DNA of 64,000 bases. It comes from an uncultured virus (IMG/VR IMGVR_UViG_3300030333_006991). Lineage: Duplodnaviria > Heunggongvirae > Uroviricota > Caudoviricetes. Below, piece after piece: positions 20,995 to 31,405 of this stretch. The notes under the pieces were generated by a model. It was not told where the DNA came from. It was given only the letters and a program-made list of their open reading frames with translations, and did no database searches. How positions within the stretch are numbered: position 1 is the stretch's first letter; each line of letters starts with the position of its first letter. The position numbers were made by a program, and so were the translations under genes. The stretch lies in the IMG/VR virus record IMGVR_UViG_3300030333_006991. One strand, written 5' to 3'.

Positions 20995-21542
20995 GTATAA
21001 GTTTAGGCTTGTTGAATTGGGAGGCTGCTTTGGATTATCCACAGTGGATGAAACTGTTAAATCCTCACTATGTAAAGAGCAAAACTCTGAGTGCTGCAAG
21101 AGAAATCCTTTGGGAGCAAGAGTTTAACCACTATGATGAAAAGGGATATGAAACACGCATTTTACTTGAACCTATGATTGAGCAACTCTTGAAGAGGGGG
21201 CAAATCCCATCTCAGACGGAAGAAATTGGAGGGAGTATAATCCCTAAAAGATGGCGGCCTGATAAGCAAAGACCTAAATGGATTCATGGTAGACAAATGA
21301 TGCAATCCTATGTGTTCCCTTTCCATGTTTTTTACCACGACCCACGAAACGATTCCTATGAGGACATCACTCCAAGAGGAACAGTGCAATTAGAAAAAAC
21401 AGCAAAAGAATTATTCAAGGACATAGACAAGGAAAAAATTCATTATCAAGGGTTGGAGGATGGAACCTATTATCGGATGATGATTACTCTCACACCTGAA
21501 GACCTCGACAAATGGTTTGGATTATGGAGGGATGAAGCGTGA
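20991..21542 (+). CDS. Hypothetical protein, N-terminal GLLNW
   Basis: Starts MSISLGLLNWE. Confidence 0.7.
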   Translation: MSISLGLLNWEAALDYPQWMKLLNPHYVKSKTLSAAREILWEQEFNHYDEKGYETRILLEPMIEQLLKRGQIPSQTEEIGGSIIPKRWRPDKQRPKWIHGRQMMQSYVFPFHVFYHDPRNDSYEDITPRGTVQLEKTAKELFKDIDKEKIHYQGLEDGTYYRMMITLTPEDLDKWFGLWRDEA

Positions 21543-22273
21543 CGAATGAATGGCTTTTTCACAACAAAGGAATCTTGAATTGGTGGTTTACCGATAAGTG
21601 GGGCGAAGAGATTAGAGATACTTTGAAAGCCCGATTGAGAAATATTGCTTGGGTTGCTCCTTTACAGAAGCAAATGCAAGACGAATTTATGAAAGTGGAC
21701 GCAAAGAAACCACTTCGACCAATTCGGAAACATCTCATTCACCATGAGTATAATCGTTCAAACATAGTAGAGTTGGCAAAAGAGGATTACTTGCCGTGGT
21801 TTGACGAGAATGTTAAAATCGGAGAAGCCAAAAAAACAGGATTGTATAATCGAGCGGCACAATTTGACGCTCCGATTTACGAAATTACCATCACTTTACC
21901 TCGTTATGATTGGAATAGGTGGAGTCGTTTGTGGAATCAACCATCTTTGTTCCGAGATTTACGAATAACTGAAGAATGGTTTTTCTTGATGAATATGCAC
22001 ACAATACTTCACTTGCCCCTCTCAGAAGATGAAACTCTGAGTGCAAGGTATCGGGAGATTCTTCGTAGCGTAGAAGAGAAGATACTCCTCACCGAACCGA
22101 TAACTCCTTTCGTGGAATATTTCGATTTAGCCCGTGTAGGAACCCACAAAAACATTGTTTATCAGGCTACCTTAGAAAGGAAAGGTGTGCCGAGTGGGAC
22201 GCAAATATTGGAATGGACGCTCCGCATCACACCGAAGACAGGGCAAAACTACACTTCAGGGGTGGAAGAATGA
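21539..22273 (+). CDS. Hypothetical protein, N-terminal GILNWW; paralog of 19952
   Basis: LFHNKGILNWW...DYLPWFDENVKI...LPRYD. Confidence 0.7.
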   Translation: MTNEWLFHNKGILNWWFTDKWGEEIRDTLKARLRNIAWVAPLQKQMQDEFMKVDAKKPLRPIRKHLIHHEYNRSNIVELAKEDYLPWFDENVKIGEAKKTGLYNRAAQFDAPIYEITITLPRYDWNRWSRLWNQPSLFRDLRITEEWFFLMNMHTILHLPLSEDETLSARYREILRSVEEKILLTEPITPFVEYFDLARVGTHKNIVYQATLERKGVPSGTQILEWTLRITPKTGQNYTSGVEE

Positions 22274-23364
22274 CTTTGAAAATCGCTTACGCTCTTTCAG
22301 GAGAAGGTAGAGGCCATACTATGCGAGCCTCGGCTCTCGGACAACGCCTCTTAGATTCAGGTTACGATGTCCAATTCTTTTCGTGTGGTGACGCTATTGA
22401 ACCTTTAACGGAAAAATTCGGTGCTAAAAGAATCCACGATTTACCCACTCCGAGATTTGTCTACAAGAAAAACGGTCAATTTCACCTTTGGAAAACCTCA
22501 ACTGATTTCGTGAAATTCATGTTTGGCGAAAGACGGAGAATCTTGCGTCTTTCACAGATGCTCCGAGATGAAAACTACGATGTTGTGATTTCCGACTTTG
22601 AACCGTTAATGAGTCGGGCGGCAAACAACGCAGGAATCCCATTAGTTTCCTTTAATTCTCAAAACTTCGTCAATGTTTGTAAACTTCCCTCTAAATACAA
22701 ATCACTTGCACTTCAAATCCTTCTTGTGAATCAGTTAATTGTAGCAGATTCCGCTTTTACCATAGTTTCCAAACCTGTGAAACTTCCTATCCGAGAGCAA
22801 GTTGGTTGTCTTGTAGGGCCGATTATCCGTGACCACATCATCGGAAGACGGTGGCGAGGAGGAGGAAAGTTTATTCTTCTCTATTACCGCCCTTCAATTT
22901 CTAAAACACTTCCTGATGTTCTTGAGTGGGCTGAACAGAAAGGTTGGAAGGTTCACTTATACGGACGACTTCATCCTTCAGAAAGGGCTCTACTTGACCA
23001 CGACAGCGTAGTGGAACGCCCGATTTCAGAAACAAAATTCATTGATGATATGATTGATTCCGAATTAGTCATTGGAACCGCAGGAACGCAAATGATAGGA
23101 GAAATTGCTTATTTAGGTGCGCCCGCCATTCTTGTCCCTGAATCAGGTCAAAAAGAGCAATTATTGAACGCTCAATTAGCCTCCGCAGATTTCCCTAATG
23201 TAACTTGGCTACCTCCTCACAAGGTTCGCTATGATTATCTTGAAGAGGCTGTGAATAATTTAAGTGATACAGGTGTAAGACACATTGAAAATGGTTCGGA
23301 TGACGCTTTTGAAGCCTTTGTAAAGTGGGCTGAAAACTTACCTAAAAGGAGTGGGTATCGGTGA
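22270..23364 (+). CDS. GT-B glycosyltransferase (MJ1255 / Glyco_trans_1_3-like)
   Basis: SGEGRGHTMR, DVVISDFEP, VGPIIR, VIGTAG...IGE and GQKEQ.LNA motifs. Confidence 0.85.
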   Translation: MTLKIAYALSGEGRGHTMRASALGQRLLDSGYDVQFFSCGDAIEPLTEKFGAKRIHDLPTPRFVYKKNGQFHLWKTSTDFVKFMFGERRRILRLSQMLRDENYDVVISDFEPLMSRAANNAGIPLVSFNSQNFVNVCKLPSKYKSLALQILLVNQLIVADSAFTIVSKPVKLPIREQVGCLVGPIIRDHIIGRRWRGGGKFILLYYRPSISKTLPDVLEWAEQKGWKVHLYGRLHPSERALLDHDSVVERPISETKFIDDMIDSELVIGTAGTQMIGEIAYLGAPAILVPESGQKEQLLNAQLASADFPNVTWLPPHKVRYDYLEEAVNNLSDTGVRHIENGSDDAFEAFVKWAENLPKRSGYR

Positions 23365-24413
23365 GATATGGTATTTTGAATTGGTGGTGGGGTGAAAACA
23401 ATATCCAAGATGAAATAAGAAAACAATGGGTTACATGGATGAGAGGACTCTTTTGGCAAAACGAAGCAATAGAATTGAAAAAACTCTCTGACGATGATTA
23501 TTACAATATTGAGGATGCAGAGGCTAAGTGGAACCCTGAGGATGGAAAATACCTTGTTGTTGCCGATTCAGAAAATAATGTTCCTGTCCACCATAATGTA
23601 TCACCAGGTGATAGATGGTTTACCTTTGAAAGAAGATTCCGATTCAGTGTGAAAGGTGACTCTGCTCTATTTCTAACTCCTTATCCTCATATTCCAAAGT
23701 CAGAAAGAAACAAGAAACAACATCTATTTGAGAATTCTACTGTTTGGGAAGACACTTTGTTAGAATTGGAATGGAGTCGGAGCGATATTTACACCCGTAG
23801 ATTCGCTTTTGAGTATTTGAAGGAATTATATCCTGAAACAGCGTATGGAGATATTTTTGCTTATTCTTCCGACAATGAGGGCCTTTTCCTCAGTTTGTTG
23901 AATTGGGATAATCCTATGAATAAGTTTTTCTATACAGTAGTGGGTGAAGGTATAGACCCTTTGCAGGACGAAAAAGGCGCACGAAAGTTGTGGGTTGAGT
24001 TTGTGCGAAATAATTTTGTGTGTGTTCTTGATTCTCGGCCTTCGCAGCCTGTGATACAGGCATTATCTGACCACTACGACATAGATTTATTGGAGTTTTG
24101 GCCTGATTTGGGGGACACGATACAATACCAACAGGTGGCTATGGCGGATGAATCAGTTGTGGTGAACAAAGGAGAAGAGATAGAGTTGTTCGACCTTGAC
24201 GAGGCACTTAGTTTGGACAACATAATAGCCCTTCATCCACGCTTGATTGAGTGTATCATTCGTTCACTATACATTGACGGAGACACATCTGAAAAGGAAA
24301 AATTGGATTGGTTCCTAAAAGATATAACAGAAAGTGGCTCTGCCAACGCATCTAACTACCTTACTCCATTTACACAATTTTTGGTTAATCTAAAATTGGA
24401 GGGTAAAATATGA
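23361..24413 (+). CDS. Hypothetical protein, N-terminal GILNWWW
   Basis: Starts MRYGILNWWWGE; second degenerate SLLNW internally. Confidence 0.7.
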   Translation: MRYGILNWWWGENNIQDEIRKQWVTWMRGLFWQNEAIELKKLSDDDYYNIEDAEAKWNPEDGKYLVVADSENNVPVHHNVSPGDRWFTFERRFRFSVKGDSALFLTPYPHIPKSERNKKQHLFENSTVWEDTLLELEWSRSDIYTRRFAFEYLKELYPETAYGDIFAYSSDNEGLFLSLLNWDNPMNKFFYTVVGEGIDPLQDEKGARKLWVEFVRNNFVCVLDSRPSQPVIQALSDHYDIDLLEFWPDLGDTIQYQQVAMADESVVVNKGEEIELFDLDEALSLDNIIALHPRLIECIIRSLYIDGDTSEKEKLDWFLKDITESGSANASNYLTPFTQFLVNLKLEGKI

Positions 24414-25738
24414 GTTTAGGATTTTTGAATTGGGAAGGATTCCTTGAGTGTCCTACTTGTGATTACAAGTGGTTCACATCTTACCCTGTTGAATGGTCGA
24501 AACGGCTCTACCCTGTTGAGATGCAAACTACGCATTGGGACAAGCACTCCTTCACCATCGAGAAGTATGAGCCTGTATCTGAGAACGCCTTCGCTCTCGA
24601 TGAGAATACTCGGTTTCAACATTACTTGGAATATATTGCTAATTTGGAAACTGTGAATTATGATGACTCCACAACAACAGGACCTATATTGGATAACCGT
24701 TACTACCATCCTTCTTCATTTCGGCTTTGGTGGGGTAAGGAACAGTGTTGGAAGTGCAAAAATTGGTATCATCATACAGAGTTACTACATCAAAGAGATT
24801 GGAACGATGAGGATTCCACAGGTTTCTGCCCCAATCCTGAATGTGGAGTGGCCCAAGAAGTAGCAGAAGAAAAAATCTATGAAGAGCGAGCAAATCAGCC
24901 GTATGGTATGTTCCATGAAGAAGAATTAGTGCTATTGGGAGAGTTAATTCAATATCCTGATTTATTCGACTCTGAGGGACGAGTTAAACCTGAGTGGTAT
25001 CAAAGAACAGGTTACAGTAGTTGGATTCAGGGCGTGATTAACAAATATCAAAAAGAGTGGTTCAAAGGTTTTGAAGACATTCACCGAACAAATCCTTCGG
25101 TTTTAGCCTCTCCTGTTATTGTTATTCCTGCCGCCCCACAATTACTCAGATATTTTGATTACAAATCTTCATCAGTTACCGATTATGCACCACTTTACAG
25201 TGATGCTCTTGAGATGAATCTCAGTGAGTTTTTCCGTTCAAAATTGAAGTATTTTTCAAGGAGTCGCCCTGAAAGCGAAATCACAAGGCAAGTTACTAAC
25301 CTCATACACGATTTCACATTGGAGTGCGAAGAATGGGAACATCGAAATCAGGCTTGGAAACAAATGTGTGGTGAAGATTACTTGGAGAATTTCCAACTTT
25401 TACAAGGTGTTCCTACCCCTACCACAAGTTTCTCGGAAGGAATACCTGATAACGAATGGATTATGGAATTACAAGAGGCGTGGGATGAGGAAGGACACAA
25501 AGGAACCTACCTAAACAATTCCCACATTTGGAATCAAGCCATAAAAGGTGGTCAAGATTATTGGGTTTGTGTGAATACTGCCTTAAATCGTGCCGTTCAA
25601 TCCCACCTCACCACACCTCTTGATAGATTCGGAAGAAATCCTTTTACATTAACTAACTTAGCCAAGATGACTGAAAAAGAAGTGTCTTCTACTCCAATGG
25701 AGTTGGGGGTGTTTTTCACAAAAGGGGAGGGGATGTAA
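24410..25738 (+). CDS. Hypothetical protein, N-terminal GFLNW, with CxxC motifs
   Basis: MSLGFLNWEG; CPTC, CWKC, CPNPEC. Confidence 0.7.
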   Translation: MSLGFLNWEGFLECPTCDYKWFTSYPVEWSKRLYPVEMQTTHWDKHSFTIEKYEPVSENAFALDENTRFQHYLEYIANLETVNYDDSTTTGPILDNRYYHPSSFRLWWGKEQCWKCKNWYHHTELLHQRDWNDEDSTGFCPNPECGVAQEVAEEKIYEERANQPYGMFHEEELVLLGELIQYPDLFDSEGRVKPEWYQRTGYSSWIQGVINKYQKEWFKGFEDIHRTNPSVLASPVIVIPAAPQLLRYFDYKSSSVTDYAPLYSDALEMNLSEFFRSKLKYFSRSRPESEITRQVTNLIHDFTLECEEWEHRNQAWKQMCGEDYLENFQLLQGVPTPTTSFSEGIPDNEWIMELQEAWDEEGHKGTYLNNSHIWNQAIKGGQDYWVCVNTALNRAVQSHLTTPLDRFGRNPFTLTNLAKMTEKEVSSTPMELGVFFTKGEGM

Positions 25739-25739
25739 G

Positions 25740-25814
25740 ATGAGTTTAGGACTTCTAAATTGGTGGGGTTATCTTGATGACTCAGAACCCTTAATCGCCC
25801 TTTTGCGAGGATAA
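25740..25814 (+). CDS. 24-aa micro-ORF consisting mostly of the GLLNW tag
   Basis: MSLGLLNWWGYLDDSEPLIALLRG*; GGGGAGGGG RBS; starts 2 nt after the previous stop; not in the ORF track. Confidence 0.6.
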   Translation: MSLGLLNWWGYLDDSEPLIALLRG

Positions 25815-25851
25815 AGTAGTGTTTATACGGTTAATGGCGGCATAAAAGGGT

Positions 25852-26328
25852 ATGAACGCCCGAATACTGCCTACTGTATTGTTGTGTTTCGTCTTGATGG
25901 CGGGATGTATTGGACAAGAGCCTGTTGAGAATCAGATTGATACGACCTACACCGTAGAGTCGGAATCTCGTATTTATCAACATAATTTTACTGAAGTAAT
26001 GGGGTCTGAGATGATGATGAAGGATGTGTGGGGGTTGAATAACACTACAAGTGCTGTTGCCGAAATCCAATTCGGCTACCAAAAGTCACCCTTTTCGGAT
26101 GGATGGGTAAACATTACTTTAACACAGAACGATACCGTTATCTTTCACACCAATGAAACGGAAATGGGAGGTAAGGATTTTACCAATATCACTTACGACC
26201 CTTTGTTTACTAATTGGACGCTAACTATCCACGCTCAAGGCTCTGACCACACACATGATGATATGTGGAATTTTCACGATAGATTCTACCTTAATATGAC
26301 TACGACTTATACAAATGAAACAATGTGA
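25852..26328 (+). CDS. Archaeal-type lipoprotein, probably N-glycosylated
   Basis: Signal peptide with LMAGC lipobox; many N-x-T sequons. Confidence 0.75.
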   Translation: MNARILPTVLLCFVLMAGCIGQEPVENQIDTTYTVESESRIYQHNFTEVMGSEMMMKDVWGLNNTTSAVAEIQFGYQKSPFSDGWVNITLTQNDTVIFHTNETEMGGKDFTNITYDPLFTNWTLTIHAQGSDHTHDDMWNFHDRFYLNMTTTYTNETM

Positions 26329-26615
26329 TTCTTATGTCGAGGCCGTTAAGTGAAAAAGTGATAGATTCTCTATCCATACAAAATCCTGAAGCCCTTTTCT
26401 GTGACGGCTTAAACGAGGCTCTTATAGGGTGGTGCTTTAGAGCAACGAAACCCGAAGTTGCGGTTTACGACCATGATAAATGTCTTGAAATCTTCATGGA
26501 AAGGGATGGTATGGACTTGGATGAAGCGATGGAACATTTACACTACAATGTTATCGGTGCGTGGGTGGGAGAAAACACACCTGTTTTTATGGTGCGATGC
26601 GAGGAGTTACCATGA
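26325..26615 (+). CDS. Conserved phage hypothetical protein
   Basis: DGLNEALIG..AVYD..KC..EAMEH..YNVIGAWVGENTP pattern common in phages. Confidence 0.7.
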   Translation: MILMSRPLSEKVIDSLSIQNPEALFCDGLNEALIGWCFRATKPEVAVYDHDKCLEIFMERDGMDLDEAMEHLHYNVIGAWVGENTPVFMVRCEELP

Positions 26616-27433
26616 CTTATCAAACTTATACAGGAGAAGGCGATGTGGGTGAAGCCCACCAATCTCTAATGCGTAAAGAATCGGCAGAAAAGGAAAGAGC
26701 AGGGCTCGGTTTCCACCCTGAAGATTTACTCCTTTCCGAGGCTGTAATCCGCCCGATAGAAAGAAAGGATGCTAAACCCGTAATTGAGCAGTATGAGTAT
26801 CTCAAATGTATGCCCGCCATTTCCACACACCATTTTGGAATCTTTTTTCCTACCTCGGAAGGGGAGCGATTGGGCGGGGTTTTGGTTTACGGTCCTGATT
26901 ACGCTAAAAATCTTGGTCATTGGGATAAATACGGTTACACCGATAATATGCTTCTTTTATCGAGAGGTGTTTGCTTATGGTGGACTCCTCACAATACGGC
27001 TTCCTTTTTCATCAGCCGAGCCAATCGTTGGTTACGAGAGAATACCGACATTAGAGTGATTACTGCTACCGTAGATGCTATGGCAGGAGAAGTAGGGACT
27101 ATTTATCAGTCATTGAATTGGGCGTATGTAGGTTCAATGCGGAGAGCCAATCCAAATATCAAGGCTAAAACACGCTCTCGTTTTGGAGTTATCATTGATG
27201 GGAAATTGTATGGTTCAAGGGCAATTCGTTCTAAAATCGGTTCACAGCGCAAGGCTGAGATATTGAAGAGATGGCCTGATGCTCAATTTGTTAAACAGCG
27301 AGAGAAGGAACGGTATTTCACCTTTCTTGGGACTAAAAGAGAGAAAAGAGATTTACGCAAATCTATTGAACACTTAATTTTACCTTATCCCAAAAGAGAT
27401 ATACCATCCACGCATAATGAGAAGGAGGACTAA
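26612..27433 (+). CDS. Mom-like (GNAT-fold) adenine-modification protein
   Basis: IEQYEYL, GVLVYG, LSRG.C....PHNTASFFIS, ATVD...GEVGTIYQSLNWAYVG. Confidence 0.65.
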   Translation: MTYQTYTGEGDVGEAHQSLMRKESAEKERAGLGFHPEDLLLSEAVIRPIERKDAKPVIEQYEYLKCMPAISTHHFGIFFPTSEGERLGGVLVYGPDYAKNLGHWDKYGYTDNMLLLSRGVCLWWTPHNTASFFISRANRWLRENTDIRVITATVDAMAGEVGTIYQSLNWAYVGSMRRANPNIKAKTRSRFGVIIDGKLYGSRAIRSKIGSQRKAEILKRWPDAQFVKQREKERYFTFLGTKREKRDLRKSIEHLILPYPKRDIPSTHNEKED

Positions 27434-27435
27434 GT

Positions 27436-27561
27436 GTGGGATGGGAGACATACGACCCTTCAGACGGGGATGATGATGATGATATATTCATTACAAGAAT
27501 GCTTGTGTTGGCGATGTTTACTATGTCGGGACTGATTGGCCTGTATTTCTACTTACAGTAG
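27436..27561 (+). CDS. 41-aa acidic peptide with C-terminal TM helix
   Basis: GGAGG RBS; MGWETYDPSDGDDDDDIFITRMLVLAMFTMSGLIGLYFYLQ*. Confidence 0.5.
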   Translation: MGWETYDPSDGDDDDDIFITRMLVLAMFTMSGLIGLYFYLQ

Positions 27562-27588
27562 AGTGAAAGATAAAGGGTCGGCAAGTGT

Positions 27589-27687
27589 ATGAAAAGATGG
27601 CGGTTTCCTTCTTTCAATCATCTTTTGGCTCGTTTTTTTCTTTTTTTCACCATTCTATTTGCATTTATCTTGGTTATGATGGCTTGA
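27589..27687 (+). CDS. 32-aa membrane peptide
   Basis: MKRWRFPSFNHLLARFFLFFTILFAFILVMMA*. Confidence 0.4.
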   Translation: MKRWRFPSFNHLLARFFLFFTILFAFILVMMA

Positions 27688-27692
27688 TAAAC

Positions 27693-27702
27693 CTCTTATA
27701 GT
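27693..27702 (+). promoter_or_regulatory. CTCTTATAGT promoter motif
   Basis: 29 nt upstream of ATG 27722. Confidence 0.7.
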
Positions 27703-27721
27703 CCGACTGAGAGTTAATGGT

Positions 27722-28372
27722 ATGGTTAAGGATTACTACTACTTGGAATACCATGATGACGCTAAAAACAGTCATAAATTCTACATCGGTTTAGAAACTG
27801 ATGCCGATATAGGTTTACTTGCTTGGGGGCGTATTGGAGGAAGAGGACAATCAAAAGAGGCTTCAAGGAAATTAGTGGCTAAGATGATGAGGGACAAGTT
27901 GAAAAAGGGGTATGTGGACAAAACGGACGAAATGCCTCAATATCTCAAAGATTTGTATTTTCCGAAGATGAGTAAAATCCTTGAGTTGTGGGGTCGGGAG
28001 AACGGGCAGAGTAAAATGCGAGAATATGCGTGTGGATTTGGAGATACTTACAATCACATGGAGGCCCCCATAGATGAGAATGGAGAATATGAGTTTGAAA
28101 CCTTATGTGTTAAGTGGGACGAACATGGTAATGTCTTAGATATTATCATTGTGGCAGACCCATCAGGAAAAACACGAAAACCAACAATTGATGATTACAG
28201 ATACATTGTTAAAAGCGGTCAATTTGATAATTCTTATTTTGATTACAAACGGAATTACGAGGAAGAGAATCGAGGGCATTGGATTGATAATCTCATGGCA
28301 TATATTCAAAACAGGGCAAAACCTCGTTTAATGAACCGTTACGGACTGTTGAATTGGTGGAATTTTCAATAG
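27722..28372 (+). CDS. WGR-domain protein with C-terminal GLLNWW
   Basis: YLEY..NSHKFY...AWGRIG..GQ...KLKKGY; ends YGLLNWWNFQ*. Confidence 0.8.
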   Translation: MVKDYYYLEYHDDAKNSHKFYIGLETDADIGLLAWGRIGGRGQSKEASRKLVAKMMRDKLKKGYVDKTDEMPQYLKDLYFPKMSKILELWGRENGQSKMREYACGFGDTYNHMEAPIDENGEYEFETLCVKWDEHGNVLDIIIVADPSGKTRKPTIDDYRYIVKSGQFDNSYFDYKRNYEEENRGHWIDNLMAYIQNRAKPRLMNRYGLLNWWNFQ

Positions 28373-28398
28373 TGATTCCTGTTTCCTTGAAGCACATC

Positions 28399-28408
28399 CT
28401 CTTATAGT
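28399..28408 (+). promoter_or_regulatory. CTCTTATAGT promoter motif
   Basis: 40 nt upstream of ATG 28439. Confidence 0.7.
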
Positions 28409-28438
28409 ATCTCGCCTAACTGATAATGAGGGTCGCCC

Positions 28439-31378
28439 ATGTTTCTGCAAGTAGAAATCCCTGCCAAGTATACCATCATGGAGAATCCTAACGACACTAC
28501 CGTTATTGAAGAGGGTGTGATAGGGACAGGGAAAAATGATTACACCCTATTTAGTTTGCGTTCACTTCAAACCCCGTGGACACAATATGATAAAACAAAC
28601 AAGTTTCTTTTTGTGCCTGATGAGGACGCCAATTCTATTCCTGCTTTTTCCACACACCCTAAACTACGAATGAAATCTGTTCCTGATATGCTAAACTTAC
28701 TTGATGAAAGCATAGGTTTTAACTATCAAAACACTTGGAATAAAAAAGTGCCATCTAAAGAAGACCAAGAAAATGCAAAGCAAATCCTCAGTAAAGCCAA
28801 AACACATATCACGGACTTTTACAACAAATACACAAATGTTAGGCAAAAGGGTGTTAGAGATTTCATGGGTTGGGCTGAACAACAGGACGATATTTTCGGC
28901 TTTGAAAACACCATGTTTTTGAGTAAAGACAGTTTATGGGATAATCTAATGCAATCATATCAATTCGACCCTTCTTCTGTGTTTTTCGGAGTGAACAGGA
29001 CAAGCACAGGGGGGTATGATGCAGATGGAATGAATGATGGCGACCCTGATGATACTAAAATAGAGTATGTTGAATATTACAACAACGCCCTTCAAGTCCG
29101 TTGTAAACAAAGAATGTTAGCAGACGCCCCATATAATCTAAAAACTGCGAAGTTTGACCCGAATATGGTTTATCCTGTAAGTATGAAATATCGTTACCGA
29201 AGTGATTATTTAGAAGACGCTGCAAATCTTCGTCATCCTGATGCTACACCTGTGTCTTCAGGTAAAAAAAGCAGTTACTACGCTTCTGATTACAACGCTC
29301 AATACAAACCACCTCTTTTAGATTGGGAAAGTTTAGGATTTCCAAAAATCGCTCAAACTAAATCTCAATCTTTCATCAGGAGAAAACCTATCTTAATTGA
29401 CCAATCATGCCAACTCGCAGGTTTCGTTACTGATGAGGGCGGAGAAAAAATGGAAAATATCTTTTCTCAATCTTTGTTATCTTTAGATGAAATGTTTTCC
29501 GTAAACAACTTCGTGACCGATTATGACGCCTACTATGGCGACTTCATACCAACCCATCAACTCAGTAAGTTAATGGCGGCAAAACTGTATGTGTTGTCCG
29601 ACTTTAATCGGACTTATGTGGGAGATATTTACACTCCTATTGATTTAGAAGACCCTGAAAGAGGAGTGCAAGGCAGCAAAGTAGAGGTTGAAAACTATGG
29701 ATATATCTACTCAGGTTATGGTTGTGAAATCTTCGCAAGCATGGAGGGGGGCTCTCAACACCATAATCCTCAAAAAGTTTCTGATAGTGGGGAAAGTTAC
29801 CCTATCGAGCATCGTAACGATGTGTATTTAGTCAGAAAACGAGGGACAGGAGGTGTAAAACCGTTCTTGGCAGAAGACGGTTATCCAATGGAAGAATTAA
29901 AAACCATGCCTACTACGAGGAAGATTAAAGTTTTTACACACTTGGGTCAAAATGTATGCAATAAACAGACAGCAACAGCCACACGACCTGATTATCAAAA
30001 TTACGCTCAACATGGTGTTATTGTCCAAACAGACCCTTCAGTATGGATGGAAACTATGGGTATTACGCCACAATCTGAAGCGTTGAAGCGTATGTTTATG
30101 GTTGATACACTCACCACAGGAAGAAAATCGTTAGTGAGAGACATTATTGTGTTGTTAGACAAGATAAGTAAAAATCTTGAAGTGGAGGAAGACGATGAGT
30201 ATTTCTCTTTCACTTTAGAAGATATTGTTTATGAAAATATGCTTGCCTTCAAATTAAGAATCACTCGGTATAATGTAAGTTTGCATGACGAAACTCAAGT
30301 AACTGATAAAGCCGTAGAAACTACTGAAATAATTGGGGTTCCTCATTCCGATTTACTTGGTTTTTCCATTTTTCAAACAGGAAATATCCTATTCACAGTA
30401 AGTATGAGTAATTATTCAGGCGGTAGCGTTTACATCCGTAATGACCTACCTCTTATAGACATGGAGTTGAACGATTTGAGAATGGGTGGCGACCCTGCTC
30501 AACACATTTCCGCCACATCTACATCAGGACCCAATATGCTCGCTAAAATAGGTTACAAAGACAGTGCAGATATGAGTAATCGAATTAGAGAATGGATAAA
30601 CAACACCGCTTACGGACAAGCGTATGCTCAAATCCAGCACCAACGCAAAGGTTTAACCATTTCTGATGCTCTTACTCTTCCTATTGAAGAGAGGAAAAAC
30701 AGAATAACTGCAAAGAAGAAATTTTCCTATACTGTTCCATTCCCAAGTGCAGGAGTGGTAAAAACTTCAGATGATGAAGGGAACGATATTCCAATAAATC
30801 AAGATGTGGATTATATTCAATCCGACTATCGCCAAAGAAGTCAAGGTTTTACTGTCGGCACAGTTATCACTTACAATCCTGCTCAAGTAGATTCTATCTC
30901 AGAAGTTACAGATGTAGGTGTAAAACTTTGTGGTAAACAATCATATATGAACAAAATGTGGGTAGATTCAGTAGAACCACCACATTATGTGTATAAGATA
31001 ATGAAAACGAATGCTCGCCATTTGAAATATACGAGAGATAAAAAACAATATGGTCGAGGTGGCCGACCTCAAGATTACACTATATTTACTGATGTATTGC
31101 TCCCGTGGACACCTTTAGTAATAAGTAGAAACGATGAAGATGCTGACCCTACCACCAAATTCAGTGTGGAAGAAATAATGAGATATGGTCAAGAGTGCAG
31201 ATTTACAGAAAAAACTTACGGAGCCTACAATTACGAACCTAAACGAAATCGAGGGCAACGACTACCTGATAATTTCGGCCTTTGGATGGATGGTGTCCCT
31301 GCGGAGTGGTGTCCTGAAACATACAGTTTCTATGGTAGGTCTTATGGTATTCTGAATTGGTGGGGTTCACTCACTTGA
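28439..31378 (+). CDS. Large hypothetical protein (979 aa), C-terminal GILNWW
   Basis: Ends SYGILNWWGSLT*. Confidence 0.8.
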   Translation: MFLQVEIPAKYTIMENPNDTTVIEEGVIGTGKNDYTLFSLRSLQTPWTQYDKTNKFLFVPDEDANSIPAFSTHPKLRMKSVPDMLNLLDESIGFNYQNTWNKKVPSKEDQENAKQILSKAKTHITDFYNKYTNVRQKGVRDFMGWAEQQDDIFGFENTMFLSKDSLWDNLMQSYQFDPSSVFFGVNRTSTGGYDADGMNDGDPDDTKIEYVEYYNNALQVRCKQRMLADAPYNLKTAKFDPNMVYPVSMKYRYRSDYLEDAANLRHPDATPVSSGKKSSYYASDYNAQYKPPLLDWESLGFPKIAQTKSQSFIRRKPILIDQSCQLAGFVTDEGGEKMENIFSQSLLSLDEMFSVNNFVTDYDAYYGDFIPTHQLSKLMAAKLYVLSDFNRTYVGDIYTPIDLEDPERGVQGSKVEVENYGYIYSGYGCEIFASMEGGSQHHNPQKVSDSGESYPIEHRNDVYLVRKRGTGGVKPFLAEDGYPMEELKTMPTTRKIKVFTHLGQNVCNKQTATATRPDYQNYAQHGVIVQTDPSVWMETMGITPQSEALKRMFMVDTLTTGRKSLVRDIIVLLDKISKNLEVEEDDEYFSFTLEDIVYENMLAFKLRITRYNVSLHDETQVTDKAVETTEIIGVPHSDLLGFSIFQTGNILFTVSMSNYSGGSVYIRNDLPLIDMELNDLRMGGDPAQHISATSTSGPNMLAKIGYKDSADMSNRIREWINNTAYGQAYAQIQHQRKGLTISDALTLPIEERKNRITAKKKFSYTVPFPSAGVVKTSDDEGNDIPINQDVDYIQSDYRQRSQGFTVGTVITYNPAQVDSISEVTDVGVKLCGKQSYMNKMWVDSVEPPHYVYKIMKTNARHLKYTRDKKQYGRGGRPQDYTIFTDVLLPWTPLVISRNDEDADPTTKFSVEEIMRYGQECRFTEKTYGAYNYEPKRNRGQRLPDNFGLWMDGVPAEWCPETYSFYGRSYGILNWWGSLT

Positions 31379-31405
31379 GATGATGGCACTCTTCATATAC
31401 GAAGT

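Noticed and set aside
27100..27135. QSLNW in the Mom-like protein as a tag copy
   Set aside because: Part of the family motif GTIYQxxNWxYxG
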